Below are positions 1 to 7,403 of a DNA stretch of 11,934 nt, one piece after another (the first letter of the stretch is position 1; each line of letters starts with the position of its first letter). The position numbers and the translations under genes were made by a program. Origin of the DNA: Armatimonadota bacterium. Its GTDB lineage: Bacteria; Sysuimicrobiota; Sysuimicrobiia; Sysuimicrobiales; Humicultoraceae. The notes below the pieces were generated by a model. The model searched no databases. It had not been told where the DNA came from and was given only the letters and a program-made list of their open reading frames with translations. The stretch covers positions 5,181 through 17,114 of the forward strand of contig JBBIJB010000052.1 in assembly GCA_037446215.1 (NCBI GenBank), read 5' to 3'.

Positions 1-346
1 GCCCGCGCCGACGCACGATGAGGGCCGCATCCGCGAGGCCGAGGGCTCCTGCCGAGACCAGTGCCGAGTACTCCCCCAAACTGAGGCCTGCTGCGGCTCC
101 CGGCAATACTCCGTGCTCCATGAGGACCGCGGCAACCGCGCAGCTGGCCGCCAGCAGCGCGGGCTGGGTGTTCTCCGTCGCCCGCAGCCGCTCCTCGGGG
201 CCCTCCCGGCACAGGGCCAGGAGATCGAGGCCGACGGCGTCGCTGGCCTCTTCGAACGCCCTGTGCGCCGCCTTGAACTGAGCCGCCATCTGGACGCCCA
301 TGCCGACGTGCTGGGCGCCCTGGCCTGGATGGACGAAGACGATCAC
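1..346 (-). CDS. fabD: Malonyl-CoA:ACP transacylase, 5' part only (continues beyond window start)
   Basis: Not in the ORF track. Manual translation from GTG (344-346, overlapping the fabH stop as GTGA) gives MIVFVHPGQGAQHVGMG...TENTQPAL...AAGLSLGEYSALV...IVRRRG. It has the PGQG motif, TQPAL, the GxSxG nucleophile motif and the conserved R-R-G, and it lies directly downstream of fabH. Confidence 0.95.
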   Translation of the reverse strand, partial: MIVFVHPGQGAQHVGMGVQMAAQFKAAHRAFEEASDAVGLDLLALCREGPEERLRATENTQPALLAASCAVAAVLMEHGVLPGAAAGLSLGEYSALVSAGALGLADAALIVRRRG

Positions 347-1416
347 GGGGCTGCCGGCGCGCGGCCGGGGGGCGCCTCCGCGGTCCACCGCATCGCCGCC
401 GCGCCCCAGGTGAGCCCGGCGCCGAATGCTACAAAAACCACCGTGTCGCCCGCCCGAATCCGCCCCTGCTCGACCGCCTCGTAGAGCGCCACCGGCACGG
501 AGGCCGATGAGGTGTTCCCGTAGCGATCGACGTTGATGAAGAACCGGTCCAGCGGCTGCCCCAGCCGCTCCGCGGCGGCCTCGATTATCCGTACGTTCGC
601 CTGGTGGGGGATGAAGCAGTTGACCCCGTCTGCGGTCAAGCCGGCCTTCTCAACCACCTGTTCTATCGCCCGGGGTATGATCCTGACCGCGAACTTGTAG
701 ACCTCACGGCCGTTCATCTTGAGGAAGTGCTGGCGGGCCATGACGGTGTCGGCGCTGGGAGGAATCCTGGAGCCGCCCGCCGGTAGGGCTATCAGCGGGC
801 CGCCGGCTCCGTCGGATCCGAGCTGGAATGCCAGGAACCCCTCGTCCGGCGCGCATGGGCGCAGGACTACCGCGGAGGCCGCGTCACCAAACAGAACGCA
901 GGTCGACCTGTCGGTCCAGTCGGTAATCCGTGACAGCACCTCGGCGCCCACGATCAGCACCGTCTCCGCGGAGCCGGATGCGATCGCGGCATGGCCGGCG
1001 GCCGCCGCGTAGGCCCAGCTACTGCAGGCGGCGGAGGCGTCGAACGCGCCCGAGCGGGTAGCGCCCAGCCTATCCTGCACCAGGCAGGCCGTGGCCGGGA
1101 AGAGCATGTCGGGCGTGGCGGTGCCCACGATGATCATGTCCAGGTCGGCCGCGGTCACACCGGCGCTCTCCATCGCCTCGAGGGCGGCCTCGACCGCCAT
1201 GTCCGAGGTGGCGACCTCGGGGGCCGCTATCCGCCGCTCCCGGATGCCGGTCCGCGTTAGTATCCACTCGTCGGTGGTCTCGACCATCGCCTCGAGGTCG
1301 GCGTTGGTGAGGACCCGAGGGGGTATGCTGCGTCCGATGCCGGCTATCGTGGATCCCCGCACGCCACCGCTGCGGGCTCGCTCGGAGCGGCCTTGGGCAT
1401 CCTGCGACTCGGTCAT
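343..1416 (-). CDS. fabH: 3-oxoacyl-ACP synthase III (357 aa)
   Basis: WILTRTGIRERR, catalytic Cys (AACSS), LFGDAA, MNGREVYKFAV, PHQAN (His), GNTSSAS (Asn) and FGAGLTWG. A GGGGAGG SD lies upstream of the ATG. Confidence 0.97.
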   Translation of the reverse strand: MTESQDAQGRSERARSGGVRGSTIAGIGRSIPPRVLTNADLEAMVETTDEWILTRTGIRERRIAAPEVATSDMAVEAALEAMESAGVTAADLDMIIVGTATPDMLFPATACLVQDRLGATRSGAFDASAACSSWAYAAAAGHAAIASGSAETVLIVGAEVLSRITDWTDRSTCVLFGDAASAVVLRPCAPDEGFLAFQLGSDGAGGPLIALPAGGSRIPPSADTVMARQHFLKMNGREVYKFAVRIIPRAIEQVVEKAGLTADGVNCFIPHQANVRIIEAAAERLGQPLDRFFINVDRYGNTSSASVPVALYEAVEQGRIRAGDTVVFVAFGAGLTWGAAAMRWTAEAPPGRAPAAP

Positions 1417-1431
1417 CGGTCAACCTCCCCG

Positions 1432-2466
1432 TTATGGGGTAGCATGAACCACCCCGCCCGCAAGCGCAAGCCCCCGCTGCAGGGAGCCCCGAATGCGATC
1501 GGGCAGCCGGTGCCTGGCGGCCTCGGCCGCCACCCGGATGGCGTTGCGGATCGCCCTCGAGTTGGACCTCCCGTGCGCTACTATGCAGATGCCGTTCGTC
1601 CCGAGCAGGGGCGCGCCGCCGTACTCGCGGTAGTCCAGCCTGCCCCAGATCCTCCTGATGTACGGGGCAAGCGGCAAGAGGTAAAGCTTGAGCAGCGCCC
1701 CGCGCATCCCGCCGAACTCGAGACCGAAGATCTCCCGGATCGCGCCAACAAGGCCCTCCCCGGTCTTGAGCGCGATGTTGCCGACGAACCCGTCGCAGAT
1801 CACCACGTCGGCCACCCCGAACAACAGGTCCCTGGCTTCCACGTTGCCGGTGAACCGCAGGCCGGACTCCCTGAGGAGCCCTGCCGCGTGAATCGTAAGA
1901 TCGTTGCCCTTGGTGTCTTCCTCCCCGTTGCTCAGGAGGCCGACCCGGGGCGAGGCCACGCCCAGGACCTCCTCTGCGTAAACGGCTCCCATCACTCCGA
2001 ACTGGAGCAGGTTGTCCGGCCGGCAGTCAACATTTGCCCCGGCGTCGAGGAGGACTACGGGCCCGCCCTTAACCGACGGAAGCACCGCCGCGATGGCCGG
2101 ACGGTCGATCTCCCTGATCCTGCCCAGGACGAAGAGGGCCGCGCCCATCGCGGCGCCGGTGTGGCCCGCGCTGACCACTGCCTCGGCGTTGCCGTCGCGA
2201 ACCTGCTGCATCGCCACGGCTATGCTCGACCGGCGCTTGCGTCTGAGCGCCATCGCCGGATGCTCGTGCATCTCGATGACCTCGGGCGCGTCGACTATGT
2301 CCGCCGAGGCCCGGTCGCCCCCAGCCCGCCTGAGCTCCGCCTCGATTCTGCCGGCGTCGCCGACAAGCACGGGGCGCACGCCGAGACCGGCCGCCGCCTC
2401 GAGCGCCCCAGCCACGACGGCCCTGGGGGCCAAGTCGCCCCCCATCGCGTCCACTGCGATCCTCAC
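1432..2466 (-). CDS. plsX: Phosphate acyltransferase PlsX (344 aa)
   Basis: RIAVDAMGGD, SAGHTGA, DRPAI, LLDAGANVD, NGEEDTKG, VICDGFVGNIALK, YGGAPLLG and AHGRS. Canonical rpmF-plsX-fabH position. Confidence 0.97.
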   Translation of the reverse strand: MRIAVDAMGGDLAPRAVVAGALEAAAGLGVRPVLVGDAGRIEAELRRAGGDRASADIVDAPEVIEMHEHPAMALRRKRRSSIAVAMQQVRDGNAEAVVSAGHTGAAMGAALFVLGRIREIDRPAIAAVLPSVKGGPVVLLDAGANVDCRPDNLLQFGVMGAVYAEEVLGVASPRVGLLSNGEEDTKGNDLTIHAAGLLRESGLRFTGNVEARDLLFGVADVVICDGFVGNIALKTGEGLVGAIREIFGLEFGGMRGALLKLYLLPLAPYIRRIWGRLDYREYGGAPLLGTNGICIVAHGRSNSRAIRNAIRVAAEAARHRLPDRIRGSLQRGLALAGGVVHATP

Positions 2467-2482
2467 GGTAGGCCGCGGATCC

Positions 2483-2683
2483 CTACTTGCTCTTCTTCTT
2501 GGCCGACGGGGCCTCGATCTCGACTACCTCACGCCCCGCGTAGTGGCCGCACGATGGACAGACGCGGTGGGGGATCATGCGCGCCTTGCATTGGGGGCAC
2601 GTAACCAGAGTTGCGGGTGTGGCCTTCCACTGGCTGCGCCTGCTGCCTGTTCGGGACTTCGGGTGGCGCCTCTTCTGTGCCAA
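2483..2683 (-). CDS. rpmF: 50S ribosomal protein L32 (Zn-ribbon form, 66 aa)
   Basis: Basic N-terminus and CPQC...PHRVCPSCGHY. TTG start with a GAGGAGG SD. Located between yceD and plsX. Confidence 0.96.
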   Translation of the reverse strand: MAQKRRHPKSRTGSRRSQWKATPATLVTCPQCKARMIPHRVCPSCGHYAGREVVEIEAPSAKKKSK

Positions 2684-2704
2684 CTGCGTTCCTCCTCATC
2701 AGAC

Positions 2705-2725
2705 TGGGCGGCCGGCGGCCGCCCA
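2705..2725. other. GC-rich inverted repeat (9-bp stem, 3-nt loop) in the yceD-rpmF spacer
   Basis: TGGGCGGCC-GGC-GGCCGCCCA read directly. No U-tract follows on either strand. Confidence 0.55.
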
Positions 2726-2740
2726 CCGCTACCCGGACTC

Positions 2741-3280
2741 CTAGTCGGGCTCGCGCCCTCTCAGGACGCCGAGTACCCGCAGCCGGGGGTCTACCGACTC
2801 CTCTGCCTGCTCGCAGGCACAACTGCCGCGATCCGCCCCGCACCGATCGCACAGGCCCGGGCACTCCGGGCGGCACAGCGCAACCATCGGGATCGCGGAT
2901 ATGAGCACTTCCCTGGCAAGGCGCTCCATCTCGAGCGCACTGCCGGATGCCGTCGGAACTAGGAACCCGGCCTCATCCTCGCCCGCCTCGGCCTCCCGGC
3001 CGCCGGCAGTGGCCAGAGCCTCGTTCCAGTCTAGCCTCTCCGCCACCTCCGCCTCCAGCGTGTGCAGGAAACGCACCGCGCATCGGTCGCACGCGATCTC
3101 GACCTGCGCCTCGATCCTCCCGTCGACGCCGAGCACCGGGCCCAGGTTTGTCAGCGTCACAGAACCCCTGACGGGCCCGACGAAGGGAAGATCGGGCAGG
3201 CCGCTGGAAATCGGCTCGCCGTACTCCACGACGAGAGACGCGCCGCTCTCGGCACGCAGCGCCTCCAGCTCGACTCTCAC
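2741..3280 (-). CDS. yceD: YceD/DUF177 family metal-binding protein (about 179 aa)
   Basis: ACDRC, PMVALCRPECPGLCDRCG..CAC and C-terminal VDPRLRVL, upstream of rpmF. The start is moved from ATG 3310, which overlaps the -10 box, to GTG 3280, which has a GGAGGT SD. Confidence 0.92.
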   Translation of the reverse strand: MRVELEALRAESGASLVVEYGEPISSGLPDLPFVGPVRGSVTLTNLGPVLGVDGRIEAQVEIACDRCAVRFLHTLEAEVAERLDWNEALATAGGREAEAGEDEAGFLVPTASGSALEMERLAREVLISAIPMVALCRPECPGLCDRCGADRGSCACEQAEESVDPRLRVLGVLRGREPD

Positions 3281-3308
3281 CGTGGGGCCACCTCCGGAAG
3301 CACGCCCC

Positions 3309-3338
3309 ATTATATGGACCGGTTTTTCGGGGTGTCAA
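3309..3338 (-). promoter_or_regulatory. Sigma70/SigA promoter for yceD-rpmF-plsX-fab
   Basis: The minus strand reads TTGACA (3338-3333), 18 nt, TATAAT (3314-3309). Both hexamers are perfect consensus in a GC-rich background. Confidence 0.88.
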
Positions 3339-3775
3339 CGACGCAGCATCTCCCGGCCGCGCCTGATCACGGTGAGCACACGGCTCAACTCGACCTCGAG
3401 CCTCTCGAGCACGGCGTCGGCGTACTCCTCGGCATCGCGCCGGAGACGCTCTGCGTCGCGCCTCGCATCCTCGATGGAGGACTGCCCCGTGGCCGTCGAC
3501 CTATCGAGGCCTCCCCTGTCCTCGATGGTCCGGGCATGGGCCTGGGCGTCCAGCACGATCCGCCGGGCCTCTTCGCGCGCGCGGGCGAGGGAGACCTCGG
3601 CCTCCTCCACCAGCCGGCTCGTGTGGTGCAGCTCACGCGGAAGCGCGGCCCTAGCCATTCTCAGGAGTCCGGTGATCTCCTGGTCTATCGCCGTACGCTG
3701 GTCCGCCGGCAGCCGCGCCAGGTAGCGGCGCAGCTGGCTCTCGGCGCGGTCCAGCATCTCCAGGACGGTCTCCAT
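3335..3775 (-). CDS. Conserved coiled-coil protein, DivIVA/SepIVA-like (often auto-annotated as ATPase/ATP synthase subunit-like), 146 aa
   Basis: LPREL, ARAREEARRIV.DA, A.RLRRDAEEYADAVL.RLE and IRRGREML resemble the family found between coaD and yceD in Actinobacteria and Clostridia. No Walker motifs. Confidence 0.75.
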   Translation of the reverse strand: METVLEMLDRAESQLRRYLARLPADQRTAIDQEITGLLRMARAALPRELHHTSRLVEEAEVSLARAREEARRIVLDAQAHARTIEDRGGLDRSTATGQSSIEDARRDAERLRRDAEEYADAVLERLEVELSRVLTVIRRGREMLRR

Positions 3776-3805
3776 CTGCCTGCCTCTCCCGTCTCGGCCC
3801 TGCCG

Positions 3806-4294
3806 TCAGGCGCCGTCACGCTGAACCGTGCGCAGGCGCAGTGCCACCGCGGCGGGCACTAGGCCTTCGACGGCCCCGCCCAGCCGCGTCACCTCACGGA
3901 TCAGGGCCGACGATATGAAGGCGTGCTCGGGATCGGCGATGAACAAGAGCGTGTCCAGCTCCGGGGCGAGGCGCCTGTTCATCGCCGACTGCTTGAGCTC
4001 GTAGTCGAAGTCGCCCACGGCCCGCAGGCCCTTGACCAGGCAAGCCGCCCCCCTGGAGACCGCGAAGTCGACCGTCAGCCCGGCAAACGATGCCACCTCG
4101 ACCCCAGGCATTTCTGTGACCACCTCTTGGAGCATGGCGACGCGCTCTTCGACCGAGAAGAGGCCTCCCCCCTTCTCGATATTCTCTGCCACGGCCACGA
4201 TGACTCCATCGAAGAGGCGCGCGGCTCGCCGCACCACCTCGATGTGCCCATGGTGGACGGGATCGAAGCTGCCTGGATAGACCGCAATCCGCAC
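3806..4294 (-). CDS. coaD: Phosphopantetheine adenylyltransferase (162 aa from the internal GTG)
   Basis: RIAVYPGSFDPVHHGH (HxGH), LFSVEERV, KGLRAVGDFDYE, MNRRL and FISSALIREV. It has its own SD, AAGGAGG, 8 nt upstream of GTG 4294. Confidence 0.95.
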   Translation of the reverse strand: MRIAVYPGSFDPVHHGHIEVVRRAARLFDGVIVAVAENIEKGGGLFSVEERVAMLQEVVTEMPGVEVASFAGLTVDFAVSRGAACLVKGLRAVGDFDYELKQSAMNRRLAPELDTLLFIADPEHAFISSALIREVTRLGGAVEGLVPAAVALRLRTVQRDGA

Positions 4295-4867
4295 GCGGGT
4301 CTCCTCCTTCCGCTCCCGACGGGACTCGCCGCGCAGGAACCACAACACGGTCTCGCCGTGTCGGGCCTCGCGGACGATCTCCATCCCCGATCCAACTTCC
4401 GGCCGGTCGCGCCAGTGTCCTTCTGCTACGATTGTCCCGCCGGGCGCGAGGATCCCCGCTTCCGCCACCGCCTTCACGGCTCGGCTGAGCAGGCCCTTCC
4501 CGTAGGGTGGGTCCAGCAGGACCAGATCGAAGGACTCACCGGCCCGTCCCAGCCGCGCCGCCGCAGCAAGAGCGTCCTCGCACCTGGCCGAAGCCCTGGA
4601 CTCGAGTCCCATCCCCCGGGCGGTCTCCCTGATCCGGCGCACCAGCCCGGCATCGTCGTCGATCAGTAACGCCCGGTGAGCCCCCCTGCTCAGTGCTTCT
4701 ATGCCGAGCCCTCCGGTCCCCGCAAACAGGTCCAGCACGGCCGCCCCCTGAATGCTGTGGCCCAGGATGTTGAACATGGAGTCCCGCACGCGTGCCGAGG
4801 TCGGCCTGACCCCTTTGCGGCGCGCCTGGCCCCTGTCATGCTCCCTCGACCCGCGGCGCATCCCCAT
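3806..4867 (-). CDS. rsmD: 16S rRNA m2G966 methyltransferase RsmD (4867 to about 4295) fused in frame to CoaD (353-aa ORF)
   Basis: RPTSARVRDSMFNIL, LDLFAGTGGLGIEALSRGA (SAM motif I), LLDPPY and HGETVLWF. No stop codon occurs before the coaD start. Confidence 0.88.
   Translation of the reverse strand: MGMRRGSREHDRGQARRKGVRPTSARVRDSMFNILGHSIQGAAVLDLFAGTGGLGIEALSRGAHRALLIDDDAGLVRRIRETARGMGLESRASARCEDALAAAARLGRAGESFDLVLLDPPYGKGLLSRAVKAVAEAGILAPGGTIVAEGHWRDRPEVGSGMEIVREARHGETVLWFLRGESRRERKEETRVRIAVYPGSFDPVHHGHIEVVRRAARLFDGVIVAVAENIEKGGGLFSVEERVAMLQEVVTEMPGVEVASFAGLTVDFAVSRGAACLVKGLRAVGDFDYELKQSAMNRRLAPELDTLLFIADPEHAFISSALIREVTRLGGAVEGLVPAAVALRLRTVQRDGA
4303..4309 (-). promoter_or_regulatory. Internal Shine-Dalgarno site for coaD within the rsmD-coaD ORF
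   Basis: The minus strand reads AAGGAGG-agacccgc-GTG CGG ATT GCG GTC TAT CCA. Confidence 0.8.
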
Positions 4868-4870
4868 CCG

Positions 4871-6997
4871 CTACCCCACCGAGGCAAGGCCCCTGCGCCG
4901 CTCTGTCTGGCAGTCCACTGCAAGGCGCATCTGGCGCAACTCCTCCGAGGCGATCTCCGGATCGAGCAGCAGTAGGGCCTCGGCCTCGGCCCTGGCCGTA
5001 TCCAGGAGCTGCCCGTCTCTCACTATGTCGGCCACCCGCAGCCCGGCGACTCCATGCTGGCGAACCCCGAGCACGTCTCCCGGGCCCCGCAGCACGAGAT
5101 CCTGTTGGGCGATCACGTACCCGTCGCTGGTCGTGCGCATTGCCTCCAGCCTCGCCCGCCCCTCTTCCGTCCTGGGATCCGCGATCAGCACACAGAAAGA
5201 CCTCTCTGCCCCGCGCCCCACCCGCCCCCTCAGCTGGTGGAGCTGGGCGAGCCCGTACCGGTCAGCATCCTCGACTATCATCACGGTGGCATTTGGAACG
5301 TCGATGCCTACCTCGATTACCGTCGTGGCCACCAGGACGTCGATCGTGCCTGTCCTGAACGCCTCCATCCGCTCCGCCCGCAGGGCGGCCGGTACCCTGC
5401 CGTGGACGACCTCGATCGCGAGGCCCGCCAGCGGCCCCTCTGACAGCTCTCGAGCTACCTCCAGCGCGGATCGCGCTCCGGTCGCCTCCGACTCCTCGAT
5501 GGTGGGGCACACCACGAATACCTGCCGCCCGGCGCCCACCTGTTCGCGGGCGAACCTGTAGATCGCGGGTCGTGCGGAGGTTGGGCGCACGAAGGTCGCC
5601 ACGGGCGTCCTTCCCGGGGGCATCTCGTCCAGCGCGGACAGGTCCAGGTCGCCGTAGACGGTAAGCGCGAGGGTCCTGGGGATGGGCGTGGCCGTCATGA
5701 CCAAGACGTCGGGCGCAGGCCCCTTCTCGCGCAGCATCGAGCGCTGGACCACTCCGAACCTGTGCTGCTCATCGATCACCGCCAGCCCGAGCCTCGAGAA
5801 GGCAACCCGCTCTTCCAGGAGGGCGTGCGTCCCCAGCAGGAGGCAGGGCCCGCCCGACGCCACCGCGGCAAGCGCCTCCGCACGCGTCTGTGCGTCGGTC
5901 CCCCCGGTCAGGGTGAAGAGCCGGATCCCGACAGGGGCGAGGAGCCGCTCCAGCGTCAGCTTGTGCTGCTCGGCGAGGATCTCGGTTGGCGCCATCAGCG
6001 CAGCCTGGTATCCGCCCGCCGCGCACGCCACCATGGCGGCGGCGGCGACGGCCGTCTTTCCCGAGCCCACGTCTCCGTGGAGCAGGCGGTTCATCGGAGC
6101 CGTCCCGCGCATGTCCTGCAGGATTTGCCGGATTGACCGCTGCTGCGCGCCGGTGAGGGAGAAGGGCAGCGACCGGACGAACCGCTCGACCGAGGCTTGC
6201 CAGGGGCCGTAGGTCACCCTTCTCGGGATCCGTGCGGCCTCCCGCCTCTGCAGCAGCACCCCCAACTGAAGGACCAGCAGTTCCTCGAAGGCGAGGCGGC
6301 GCCTGGCCGTGACCTCCGCCCCCTCCTCGGTTGGAAAGTGGACAGAGCGCAGGGCGTCCGCAAGGCCCGGCAGCCCCATCCGCTCGCGGAGCGCCGTGGG
6401 AAGGGTCTCGGGCATCGACGGCGCGTACCGCTCGAGCGCACTCCAAATGATCGAGCGAAGCGAACGCTGCACCAGCCCCTCGGTCGTCGGGTAGACCGGA
6501 ACGATCCGGTTGACGTGCAGGGACTCCTCGTCGCCGCGCAGCACCTCCATCTCCGGAGAGATGAACTGGAGCCCTCTTCCCGCGCGCTCCACCCGTCCGT
6601 GGAGGCAGAGGCGCGTGCCCCGGGTCAGGCGCTGCGCGAGGTAGGGCTGGTTGAACCAGACGGCGTGCGCGGCGCCCGTAGTATCGGTTATCCCTGCGCG
6701 GACCAGGAGCGTCCCCTTCCGGGTCCGCACGACCTCGGACCTCTCCACCCTGACGAGGACGGTTCTCTCCGTCCCCTCCTCCAGCCGAGCGAGCGGCGTA
6801 GGGTGGCTCCGGTCCTCGTAGCGGCGCGGCAGGTGAAGGAGGAGGTCGTGAACGGTGGCTATCCCGAGGCGGCCCAGCAGCTCGGCGCGCGCGGGCCCAA
6901 CCCCCTTCACGAACTGAACCGGGGCGTCGGGATCCGGCCGGGGGCCCGTCTCCTCCCCGGCGCGTCTGTTGGCTCTGCTGCTGCTCACTGCAGTCAT
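4871..6997 (-). CDS. recG: ATP-dependent DNA helicase RecG (708 aa)
   Basis: KGVGP, LPRRYEDR, WFNQPYL (wedge domain), RRLAFEEL, LLHGDVGSGKT, MAPTEILAEQH, DEQHRFGV, MTATPIPRTL, QLHQLRGRVGRG and DLVLRGPGD. The exact start is uncertain because the ATG has no SD. Confidence 0.97.
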   Translation of the reverse strand: MTAVSSSRANRRAGEETGPRPDPDAPVQFVKGVGPARAELLGRLGIATVHDLLLHLPRRYEDRSHPTPLARLEEGTERTVLVRVERSEVVRTRKGTLLVRAGITDTTGAAHAVWFNQPYLAQRLTRGTRLCLHGRVERAGRGLQFISPEMEVLRGDEESLHVNRIVPVYPTTEGLVQRSLRSIIWSALERYAPSMPETLPTALRERMGLPGLADALRSVHFPTEEGAEVTARRRLAFEELLVLQLGVLLQRREAARIPRRVTYGPWQASVERFVRSLPFSLTGAQQRSIRQILQDMRGTAPMNRLLHGDVGSGKTAVAAAAMVACAAGGYQAALMAPTEILAEQHKLTLERLLAPVGIRLFTLTGGTDAQTRAEALAAVASGGPCLLLGTHALLEERVAFSRLGLAVIDEQHRFGVVQRSMLREKGPAPDVLVMTATPIPRTLALTVYGDLDLSALDEMPPGRTPVATFVRPTSARPAIYRFAREQVGAGRQVFVVCPTIEESEATGARSALEVARELSEGPLAGLAIEVVHGRVPAALRAERMEAFRTGTIDVLVATTVIEVGIDVPNATVMIVEDADRYGLAQLHQLRGRVGRGAERSFCVLIADPRTEEGRARLEAMRTTSDGYVIAQQDLVLRGPGDVLGVRQHGVAGLRVADIVRDGQLLDTARAEAEALLLLDPEIASEELRQMRLAVDCQTERRRGLASVG

Positions 6998-7050
6998 CTA
7001 CGAAGGCGGCTGGTCATGCCTGCGACCCGGCGTGAAGTTCGCCGCCCCAA
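6994..7050 (-). CDS. Putative 18-aa upstream ORF coupled to recG (MGRRTSRRVAGMTSRLRR)
   Basis: GGAGG (7063-7059), 8 nt, then TTG (7050). Its TGA overlaps the recG ATG as ATGA. No homology evidence. Confidence 0.3.
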   Translation of the reverse strand: MGRRTSRRVAGMTSRLRR

Positions 7051-7080
7051 CAGACTCTCCTCCGCAGGCCGCGGGCGGTG

Positions 7081-7109
7081 TTGCGGGTGGAGTTGCCCTG
7101 TGGTAGAAT
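7081..7109 (+). promoter_or_regulatory. Sigma70/SigA promoter for rpmB
   Basis: TTGCGG (7081-7086), 17 nt, TAGAAT (7104-7109), with an extended -10 TG at 7101-7102. It lies about 60 nt upstream of rpmB. Confidence 0.7.
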
Positions 7110-7168
7110 TCGCCCGTTGTAGCCAACGCAGGCAGGCACACTCTCCTGGCTGCTCACAGGGGTGCGAA

Positions 7169-7363
7169 ATGGCAAGGCGATGTGCAATCTGCGGCAAGGA
7201 GCCGTCCGCGGGGCGGAGCCTCAGCCACTCGCATGTGAGGACGAGGAGACGCTTCCTTCCGAACCTTCAGCGGGTGCGCGCGATGGTGGACGGCACCCAG
7301 AAGCGCGTCTCGGTCTGCACCGGCTGCCTCAAGTCCGGGCGCGTGGCGCGCGCGGCGCGGTAG
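7169..7363 (+). CDS. rpmB: 50S ribosomal protein L28 (Zn-ribbon form, 64 aa)
   Basis: MARRCAICGKEPSAGRSLSHSHVRTRRRFLPNLQRVR...VCTGCLKSGRV, with an AGGGGTG SD. It corresponds to the C-terminal part of track ORF 6197..7363. Confidence 0.97.
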   Translation: MARRCAICGKEPSAGRSLSHSHVRTRRRFLPNLQRVRAMVDGTQKRVSVCTGCLKSGRVARAAR

Positions 7364-7403
7364 CGAGCCCTCCGATCCTCTGCCCTTCCGGCTCGTAGCC
7401 CGC

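Noticed and set aside
70..90. FabD active site GLSLG instead of GHSLG
   Set aside because: A known natural variant in many Firmicutes FabD proteins, with the catalytic Ser intact.
1393..2604. 403-aa plus-strand ORF
   Set aside because: Antisense shadow of plsX/rpmF. It has no recognisable motifs, and long shadow ORFs are expected at high GC.
3335..3775. ATP synthase subunit or ATPase
   Set aside because: No nucleotide-binding motifs or membrane anchor. The similarity is generic coiled-coil.
6197..7168. Long N-terminal extension of rpmB in the track ORF
   Set aside because: It is antisense to recG. L28 has its own promoter, SD and ATG at 7169.
7364..7395. CGAGCC...GGCTCG inverted repeat between convergent genes as a terminator
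   Set aside because: Only a 6-bp stem with a 20-nt loop and no U-tract.
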